DNA from: an uncultured Planctomycetales bacterium | GTDB taxonomy: Bacteria; Omnitrophota; Gorgyraeia; Zapsychrales; Fredricksoniimonadaceae | DNA: 64,000 nt | NCBI GenBank assembly: GCA_964520655.1 | Contig: CAZFNI010000004.1 | Span: 25,628-89,627, forward strand | Reading direction: 5' to 3' | In this document: one piece after another, positions 1-7,226 of the stretch | How positions within the stretch are numbered: the first letter of the stretch is position 1 | Layout of the letters: every line of letters starts with the position of its first letter | Notes under the pieces: generated by a model | The model's database searches: none | Seen by the model: only the letters and a program-made list of their open reading frames with translations | Told to the model about the DNA's origin: nothing | Made by a program: the position numbers and the translations under genes

Positions 1-708
1 ACCCTTTTTGATATGGGCCGCTCGATCGAACAGTTTGGTGTTGTCGATGAGGAGCGCAAGATCAACTTGAATACGACCAGCGTCATTGTCCTGCAGCGGT
101 TGATCTCCCAGGTGTTGGACATAAAAGAAGAGGAGACCCTGCGTCTGGCACAATCCATCCTCGACTGGCGCCAACAGGGGCATTCCCAGGCGGATGGTTT
201 TTACAGTGACGATTATTATGGGAATTTAAAGCATTCGTATTTTAAGAAAGACGCGAATTATGAGTTGATGGAGGAGTTGCTTTTGGTCAAATGGATGACG
301 CGCACCAAGTATGAGAGGCTGCTTCCCTACGTAACGGTTTACGGGGACGGGAGAGTCAATATCAATACCGCTTCCGGGGTTGTGTTATATGCCTTAGGGC
401 TGGATCAGTCGTTGGTTGATAAGGTCCTCTCCGCCCGCAGGGGTAAGGATGGGGTTGAGGCTACGGGGGATGATTTGTTCTTTGTAAAGACATTTGATGT
501 GGCCAGCGACGTGGCCAGTGTGGTCAAGCTGGAACCTCAGGAGGTTCGTGCCCTTGATGCGTTGAATTTGCAAGGCGCGCTGACGACCAATTCGTATTAT
601 TTTTATCTGGTGATGCAGTCACGCATACAAAGGTCAGGTTGGACCCGCCAGGCCCAGGCTATATATTCGTCCCGGGATAATAAAGTTTTGTATTGGCGGG
701 AAAAATAA
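1..708 (+). CDS. Type II secretion / type IV pilus minor pseudopilin GspK-like protein (5'-truncated at window edge)
   Basis: Frame is open from nt 1. It contains two helix-hairpin-helix-like motifs typical of GspK ('KINLNTTSVIVL' and 'RVNINTASGVVLYALGL'). It sits directly upstream of pilM/N/O-like genes. Confidence 0.5.
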   Translation, partial: TLFDMGRSIEQFGVVDEERKINLNTTSVIVLQRLISQVLDIKEEETLRLAQSILDWRQQGHSQADGFYSDDYYGNLKHSYFKKDANYELMEELLLVKWMTRTKYERLLPYVTVYGDGRVNINTASGVVLYALGLDQSLVDKVLSARRGKDGVEATGDDLFFVKTFDVASDVASVVKLEPQEVRALDALNLQGALTTNSYYFYLVMQSRIQRSGWTRQAQAIYSSRDNKVLYWREK

Positions 709-780
709 TCATTTTTCTCATGGTGCGGCCTTAAAAATTCGTTATAATAAAACCAATTCCAATAATTAGTTCGAGGGCTC

Positions 781-2202
781 ATGTTCGGAAATGATAAGAA
801 ATTCTTAAGTGTGCTGATCGCGGATGCGGCTGTCAAGGTCGCTCAGGTCACTTCATCCGGGGTCGTCGAGAAAATAGTCCGCCAAACAGCGGCCAGCTCA
901 TCAGTCGATGATATTGTCAAGTCTTTGAAACCATTGTTGGGAGGTTTGGACCGTAAGGCTCCTGTTATTTGTGTTATCCCAACAGCCAATGCCACGTCGA
1001 AATGCATTGAAGTTCCTTCCAATGATCCTAAAGAGATCAAATCAATATTGAATTTGCAGGCGAGCCGTCATACTCCATATTCCCGTGAAGAAGTGATCAT
1101 CGGCCATGTGAATTTGGGAAGCATGCCCAGCGGGAATACGAAGATCCTGCTGGTCATCGCCCACCGCAATGTGATCAAAGACCGGTTGAATGTCCTGGAG
1201 AAATGCGGACTCCTCACGGATAGGGTTTTGTTCTCCGCGGAAGGCATCGGCCGTCTCTATACAAAGGGATTGAATTTAAAAAGCAATGCGAGTCTAGGCG
1301 TCATTGACATAGGTCATACAACGATCAATTTTTGTGTTGTTGCCAGAGGCAGCGTGATCTTTGCGCGTTCCATTAACTTCGGCATCAAGGACTTGTTGGA
1401 GCCACAGGGGGCCAATGCCATTTCGGAAGAGATCCTGAAAACATTGGTCGCTTTCCAGGCCGAAGATACTCAGCCTATTGAATCATTTGTTGTCACCGGC
1501 GACCATGCGGCCATTAAAGAATACCTTCCGGCCTTAAGCGAACTGCTTAAGGTGGAGGTGCGTTTAAGTCCATATGTCTCGTTGTTAAAGACCAATGCCG
1601 TTAAAACCAAGCTTCAGAAAGATTACGCCGAGGAGTCATTCCTGGATGTGATCGCGCCAGCGGTGACAAGCCTGAAGTCCGAGGTCAATTTCATCCCCGA
1701 TGAAATTGTCATGAAGCGCACTGTTGAGAAACAAAGTGTTGAAGCCAGCAAGGCGGGGGTGGCGGCGGTCATCATCATGCTGCTTTTAGGCGGCATTCTG
1801 ATGAGCAAGATCTATTTCAAAGATGTTTTTCTTAACAAGAATCTAAAGCAGCGCTATTCCGGACAGCACGATGAAGTTCTGAAGCTGCAGGACAAAATGG
1901 CCAAGGTCAGGATCGTTAGAGAGTATATGCGCGAACGTTTGGTTGGCCTGGATGTGCTAAAAGAGATCTATCGCATCACCCCCAATGATATCTATTTGTC
2001 GACGATCAATATGGAAGAAGACGGCACATTGACATTGGCTGGTGTTTCACCGTCGATGTCCCAGATCTTTGCGTATGTCAAGACGCTGGATGATTCACCG
2101 TTGTTCATCGATGCGAAAACAAGGTCGACCTCAACGAAGAAAGACGGCACTAAGGATGTGGCTGTTTTTGAAGTCGCGCTTAAAATCAAGAGTGCCCATT
2201 AG
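781..2202 (+). CDS. pilM: PilM-like cytoplasmic pilus assembly protein fused to a PilN-like TM/periplasmic segment (473 aa)
   Basis: Assigned by architecture: an N-terminal ~330-aa soluble domain, a single TM helix ('AGVAAVIIMLLLGGILMS') and a ~130-aa C-terminal tail. It is followed by a PilO-like bitopic protein. No strict motif was verified. Confidence 0.5.
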   Translation: MFGNDKKFLSVLIADAAVKVAQVTSSGVVEKIVRQTAASSSVDDIVKSLKPLLGGLDRKAPVICVIPTANATSKCIEVPSNDPKEIKSILNLQASRHTPYSREEVIIGHVNLGSMPSGNTKILLVIAHRNVIKDRLNVLEKCGLLTDRVLFSAEGIGRLYTKGLNLKSNASLGVIDIGHTTINFCVVARGSVIFARSINFGIKDLLEPQGANAISEEILKTLVAFQAEDTQPIESFVVTGDHAAIKEYLPALSELLKVEVRLSPYVSLLKTNAVKTKLQKDYAEESFLDVIAPAVTSLKSEVNFIPDEIVMKRTVEKQSVEASKAGVAAVIIMLLLGGILMSKIYFKDVFLNKNLKQRYSGQHDEVLKLQDKMAKVRIVREYMRERLVGLDVLKEIYRITPNDIYLSTINMEEDGTLTLAGVSPSMSQIFAYVKTLDDSPLFIDAKTRSTSTKKDGTKDVAVFEVALKIKSAH

Positions 2203-2211
2203 GAGCAGGAC

Positions 2212-2763
2212 GTGATCACAAAATTCATCGCTAGTTTATCCAATACGGGCAAAAAATTATTCGCCATCGCGTTTGTGATCGTGGCCATTGCCTTGTTTGA
2301 CCGTTTGTTGATCTCCCCGACAATGTCGCGCATGTCCGCCATTGACCGTGATATTGAAAAAGAGACCAACAATATCAAGCAGGACCTGCGCTTCCTCGCC
2401 CATAAGTCCAAGATCAACACCGAGAGCCGGGCCTATGAACCGTATTTGAGCACCCAATCGCTCTCGGAAGAGGAGATCATCTCCGCCTTCTTAAAGAATA
2501 TTGAGGTCTTAGCCAAGAAGGGTAATGTGACCATTGCCAAAGTCACGCCGTCCTCAGGCAGTAAAGATAAAGATTTTGTGAGATACACCGCCGACATGGA
2601 ATGTTCCGGCGTGCTTGCCGATGTGGTGACATTCATCCATTTAGTCGATACTTCCGAAGAGTTGATGAAGGTTGCCAAATTCAGTTTCTCCTCGAAAAAA
2701 GCTGATTCTGATGAGATCAAAGCCTTATTGACGATCCAAAAAGCCGTTATCCCAAAAACGTGA
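2212..2763 (+). CDS. PilO-like bitopic inner-membrane pilus assembly protein (183 aa)
   Basis: GTG start after an 'aggag' RBS. It has one N-terminal TM helix ('LFAIAFVIVAIALF') followed by a periplasmic domain. It lies in an operon with the pilM/N-like gene. Confidence 0.4.
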   Translation: MITKFIASLSNTGKKLFAIAFVIVAIALFDRLLISPTMSRMSAIDRDIEKETNNIKQDLRFLAHKSKINTESRAYEPYLSTQSLSEEEIISAFLKNIEVLAKKGNVTIAKVTPSSGSKDKDFVRYTADMECSGVLADVVTFIHLVDTSEELMKVAKFSFSSKKADSDEIKALLTIQKAVIPKT

Positions 2764-3491
2764 TCAAACATATTGTCATAACATTATGTTTGTGTTTCTC
2801 CCTGCCTTTTACCGCCTCGGCCGCGACGGTGCGTGAAATGTATGAGCAGGCGGTCGACCATTATAACCAGCAGCGTTTTGATGAAGCTGTCGCTCTCTAT
2901 CAGGATATTTTGAAGGAAGCTCCCAATTTTGCGCCAGCCTATGTCGGTATCGGTCTTTCCCTAAAGGCCAAGGGGGCTGATACGGAAGAAGTGATCCATT
3001 ACTATAATGAAGCCGTGGCCCATGATCCGACCAATCTTCAGGCGCTCGAGCAATTGGGCCGTTTGTATTATGGCCTGGCCCAGTACGATAAAGCCGAGAA
3101 GATATTCCTCAAATGTTTAAAGATCAATCCAGTCCAGCCGGATATCCAGCAGGCTTTGGCCTGGGTTTATTTAATTGGCCGTTCCAAGCCGGAATTAGCG
3201 CTCAAATATTTTAAGGCGGCTGGTCAGATCAATAAACCGGACGTGATGTACGGGATGGGCATGGCCTATTTTGCCAGCAACCAGCGGGTTGAAGCCATGG
3301 ATATCATGATGAAACTGCGCGCTTTAGGGCAGGATGATTATGCCACCCGACTGGAGGGGGCCATCCGGGAGAATAGGCGTGTAGTGCTTGATTCCAACCA
3401 GGCAGAGCAAGATGAACAGAGCATGTTAACCTCTTCTAAGCGTTCCGGTGTTAAAGTCCGCCTGCGCGGCAAGCTCTCCGATCTCAATTAG
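2760..3491 (+). CDS. Secreted TPR-repeat protein (PilF/PilW-like candidate), 243 aa
   Basis: Signal peptide 'MIKHIVITLCLCFSLPFTASAAT'. There are repeated 34-aa TPR-like units such as 'AVALYQDILKEAPNFAPAYVGIGLSL' and 'ALEQLGRLYYGLAQYDKAEKIF'. The 4-nt overlap with the upstream gene suggests translational coupling. Confidence 0.6.
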   Translation: MIKHIVITLCLCFSLPFTASAATVREMYEQAVDHYNQQRFDEAVALYQDILKEAPNFAPAYVGIGLSLKAKGADTEEVIHYYNEAVAHDPTNLQALEQLGRLYYGLAQYDKAEKIFLKCLKINPVQPDIQQALAWVYLIGRSKPELALKYFKAAGQINKPDVMYGMGMAYFASNQRVEAMDIMMKLRALGQDDYATRLEGAIRENRRVVLDSNQAEQDEQSMLTSSKRSGVKVRLRGKLSDLN

Positions 3492-3505
3492 CCATTATAT
3501 AAATA

Positions 3506-6500
3506 ATGTGTTACTCTATAAGCATGCTAAGGAATCTCTTCAGCTACATTATTGTTTTGTGCCTTTTGCCATGTCCGCAAATACATGCCCAGGAGCTGGT
3601 TTTGCCTGTGCCGGGCACCATGGTGTCTTTAAGCCCTGCCTTTAACGCCCCTGTCCTTAAAGGCCTTAAGGTTCATGCGGAGGATCCATTCCGCTTCGAT
3701 TTCATCATTGATCCTGGCAATAACGCGGGGACTCAAGTCAAAGAAGAATCTGCCAAGCTCATCAAATATTTCCTGGCCAGTTTGACCACGCCGGAGAAGG
3801 AACTGTGGGTTAACTTAAGTCCGTATGAAAAAGAACGCATTGTGCCGTCAAGTTTTGGCCAGACAGCAATGGGCCGCGATCTCTTAGCGCAGGATTATAT
3901 TTTAAAGCAATTGACCGCCAGTTTGGTTTATCCCGAAGGGGAGATCGGCAAGAAATTCTGGAAACGGGTCTATGAGATCTCTGCCAATAAGAATGTGCCG
4001 GTCAATACCTTTAACAAAGTTTGGATCGTACCAGGCAAAGCGGTGGTGTATGAGAATGCCAAGGCAGGAACGGCGTATGTCGTTGAGTCCAGACTTAAAG
4101 TCATGACGGAGCAGGATTATTTGGCGACGAGTAAGCATGAAGCAACGGGGCCTGCCGCCGCATCACCTGTTTCGTCCTCGCGCCACCCATCCCCCGGTGG
4201 GGTAGCAGATACAAAAACGACATTTCCCGTGGCGCTGCGGTCAAAACAGGCTGACGCGGCGTCACCCGTTGCTGGCGTATCACAAGTTGTCCGCGAAACC
4301 GAAGGTTCCCTGCAGTCTAATAAAGTGTTGCAGGACATTGTCATCCCGCAGCTGACCAAGGAGGTCAATGAGGGCCAGAGCTTCACTCAGCTGCGCCAGG
4401 TCTATAATGCGCTGATCTTAGCGACGTGGTACAAACAGAAGATCAAGGACAGTATCTTGACCCGTGTGTATGCGGATAAAAACAAGATCAAGGGCACGGA
4501 ATACGCCGATGCCTTAAACGCGCAGGCCATTTATCAGCGCTACCTTCAGGCTTTTAAGAAGGGCGCGTATAATTACATCAAAGAGGAACAGGACCCGGTG
4601 ACGATGCAGATGATCCCGAGGAAGTATTTTTCCGGTGGGGTGCAGCTGGAGTTCGGTAAAGGGATTGACTCTGCCATGGTCGTGACAACAACAAAGCCTG
4701 CGAATATTCGGGGTGACTATTGGGTTGTCGAGAGCGGTTTAAAGAGAATAAAGTTCAATGACAAAGCCATGACGGTTCCTTTGATGAATCCGGATGAATT
4801 CAATGCTTTGATAACACAGATAAATCAAAAGAGACTCACGGTGAATGTCGAAGTTCCTCCCCGTGAACAAGGTGGATTTAATGACGGTGATCGATTTGTG
4901 GTTGCTTATAAATTGGAAGGCCTTGCGTTATTACCGGAAGGGTTGACAAGTAAGATCCCTCAGGGACAGAATTTTGGTGTGAGGATCAGGATGCGCACGA
5001 CGACACCGGCCGAATATAACCCGGTGTTTGAGACCAGGGGATTGTTGTCAGCTTATTACAGGATGGACACAGGGATGATAGAGTTTTTGGTAAAGGGGCA
5101 TCTTACAGAGAGAGAATTAAAAGAAGCCAGGACATCGATCAACCATGAATTTACTCACGCCTTGGTCCTTCATCCGATGACCTCCCAGCAAGTCATGACG
5201 TTAGAAGATCATAATGCTATTTTGACGGGGATGGGTTTTAGGCTTGGGTTTATTGAGAATGGTTTGATCAAGATCCAGGATCGTTTTAATTCTTTTGAGG
5301 AGGTCATCAAGTGGCAATCTGATGGCAAGCGTTTTTATATCAGAGGCAATAACGTGTTGTTGGATGCCAATAATGTCAAGCGATTGAATTATTTCAAACA
5401 GTTCGAACGCAGATTCAATGCCCAGGGGTTAACGATCGAGCCTTACAGCGACAATGCGTCCAATCATTTTATTTCGTCTCCTCAAGAGGTGATCGCATAT
5501 GCAGCCAGTGAAAGCCAGTCTGCGCTTGAGAAAATGTTGAAAGATGTAGGGTATAAGGACAGGGTCACGCAAGTGTACCAGGCTTTGATGCAGATCCTGC
5601 ATAGGAATCTGTTAAGAAGCGCAGAGCCGGTTGGGCGGCATACGGACGGATCGTTAGTGTATGAAATGTATACACCGAGCGCTTTAGACAGTGAGGACGG
5701 ATATGTCACTCAATTAGCAACGGCGCAGTACCTTGGGGTAAGTGACAAGGCCCAGATCTCCAAAGCCGCGTTGGCGGTAGGTGCGGTGGTATTTGCTGGG
5801 GTTTCAGGGGGTATTTATTGGTTAAAGTCGTATCAGGATGAGATGGATGCGATCAAAGCGCGGCCAAGGGTCACGCTGGCAAAGACCAATCCGTTTTATG
5901 ATTCTATGGCGAGAGCCTTAGTAAGAACCCTACCTGGAAGTTCTGAGGAGGCTTCCCTTGCGGGCAGCTCTGTCGATCCCAAGCGTGCTAGTGTGAACAT
6001 CGGCGTGATAGCGGGAGAGAACATCATTCCCAGGGAGTTAAAAATATTGGCGTATAAATATTTGTTTACGACCATGCTCATGCGAATGCCGTCATTGAAT
6101 GTGGATGATATGTTGAGATCTATTGAATCTCAGGATAGTAAGGGATATTTACGAACTGTCGAGAATAAGGAATCTTTTCTGAAATTCTTAAAGGGGCTTA
6201 GTGCGGTCATCACGGCACAGGGTTATATCGGGAAGCTCGAGCTCATTAGCGGCTATGATCTAGGTGCGGTTAAACAACAATGGTTAGCGCTGCATCAAGG
6301 TGAGATCGAAAAGAGTTTAACGAATGTTGAGAATACAAAACAGTTTGATGATCTTCTTGTTGAAGGAATTGCAACGGATGGGGTGATGACTCCAGAAGCT
6401 TTCTTAAAAAGGTTAAAGGACCTGGAGGAACAAGTTAAAGATAATGCCGCGAAGCGCAACATCGCTTTATCATATCCGGAAACCGTCAGATTGATGCGTG

Positions 6501-7003
6501 TGCTTGATCAAGGTGGTTCCATTGATGCTATATTTGAGGCGGGTCAAGCCGGCGTTGATTTTTTACTATCTCAATCATCATTGGGTTCTAGATATTGGGA
6601 TGCAGATAGTTTTGCGCTTTCTTTTAAAGCAGGTGCGGCAAGTGTTTCATCTGTGCGGGATACATTAACAGGAGAGGGCATCCTTCCTACGATCAGAGAA
6701 ATTGCCTTGTTCTTAAAGTTGAGGGCACAAGGGCTGCCCACGGAGGAGATTATATCGAACATCAAAGGACAATTGGCCAAAGAGGAGAAGAAAATTACAG
6801 GAGACCAGGCTCAAACGGCGAAAAAAGGTGGTATTGATTTTAATGCTGACAAAATGGACCTGGAAACCCGCAATCAGGGCGGAGCGATCACCTTTAAGGT
6901 CGATCCCGCGCAATTGAAAGAACTGCAGGACGCTGCCGGCTTTGCCGCGGTCATCATCAGTGTTTCGCCTCTAAAAGACCTTCGCTTATTCCTCGGTATT
7001 TAA
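3506..7003 (+). CDS. Giant secreted protein, paralog 1 (1165 aa): signal peptide + conserved ~370-aa N-domain + unique middle + conserved ~60-aa C-terminal module
   Basis: Signal peptide 'MLRNLFSYIIVLCLLPCPQIHA' (an alternative ATG lies at 3524). The N-domain 'QELVLPVPGTMVSLSPAF...IPRKYFSGGV' is shared with the ORFs at 26159 and 46538. The C-terminus 'GGIDFNADKMDLETRNQGGAITFKVDPAQLKELQDAAGFAAVIISVSPLKDLRLFLGI' is shared with 26159..34462. Confidence 0.8.
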   Translation: MCYSISMLRNLFSYIIVLCLLPCPQIHAQELVLPVPGTMVSLSPAFNAPVLKGLKVHAEDPFRFDFIIDPGNNAGTQVKEESAKLIKYFLASLTTPEKELWVNLSPYEKERIVPSSFGQTAMGRDLLAQDYILKQLTASLVYPEGEIGKKFWKRVYEISANKNVPVNTFNKVWIVPGKAVVYENAKAGTAYVVESRLKVMTEQDYLATSKHEATGPAAASPVSSSRHPSPGGVADTKTTFPVALRSKQADAASPVAGVSQVVRETEGSLQSNKVLQDIVIPQLTKEVNEGQSFTQLRQVYNALILATWYKQKIKDSILTRVYADKNKIKGTEYADALNAQAIYQRYLQAFKKGAYNYIKEEQDPVTMQMIPRKYFSGGVQLEFGKGIDSAMVVTTTKPANIRGDYWVVESGLKRIKFNDKAMTVPLMNPDEFNALITQINQKRLTVNVEVPPREQGGFNDGDRFVVAYKLEGLALLPEGLTSKIPQGQNFGVRIRMRTTTPAEYNPVFETRGLLSAYYRMDTGMIEFLVKGHLTERELKEARTSINHEFTHALVLHPMTSQQVMTLEDHNAILTGMGFRLGFIENGLIKIQDRFNSFEEVIKWQSDGKRFYIRGNNVLLDANNVKRLNYFKQFERRFNAQGLTIEPYSDNASNHFISSPQEVIAYAASESQSALEKMLKDVGYKDRVTQVYQALMQILHRNLLRSAEPVGRHTDGSLVYEMYTPSALDSEDGYVTQLATAQYLGVSDKAQISKAALAVGAVVFAGVSGGIYWLKSYQDEMDAIKARPRVTLAKTNPFYDSMARALVRTLPGSSEEASLAGSSVDPKRASVNIGVIAGENIIPRELKILAYKYLFTTMLMRMPSLNVDDMLRSIESQDSKGYLRTVENKESFLKFLKGLSAVITAQGYIGKLELISGYDLGAVKQQWLALHQGEIEKSLTNVENTKQFDDLLVEGIATDGVMTPEAFLKRLKDLEEQVKDNAAKRNIALSYPETVRLMRVLDQGGSIDAIFEAGQAGVDFLLSQSSLGSRYWDADSFALSFKAGAASVSSVRDTLTGEGILPTIREIALFLKLRAQGLPTEEIISNIKGQLAKEEKKITGDQAQTAKKGGIDFNADKMDLETRNQGGAITFKVDPAQLKELQDAAGFAAVIISVSPLKDLRLFLGI

Positions 7004-7226
7004 TTCAGATTCCTGGGGTGCTTTTTGCCGTGCGTGGCATGGAACCCGCAGGGAAACGGGATGCTTCTTTCTAGATGCTCACCCCCAGCCCCCACAACAG
7101 ATGCACGTTGGTTGAATGCAATGCTTGAGGTTAATCGTTGAGTATGAATTAATAGGGTGGCATCTGGTGGGGGACGTTCGCATCAGTAAAGAACATCCCG
7201 TATCCCTGCCAGGACCCGTTTCATGC

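Noticed and set aside
4117-4386. 89-aa minus-strand ORF antisense to giant paralog 1
   Set aside because: It is not an independent gene. It is open only because a segment of the host gene is inverted, so it reads the paralog-like sense sequence backwards (see the inversion finding).
7004-7226. 223-bp convergent intergenic region examined for ncRNA, tRNA or a bidirectional terminator
   Set aside because: No convincing stem-loop with a T-tract, no tRNA-like cloverleaf and no conserved-looking structure was found by inspection. I could not verify this without folding software.
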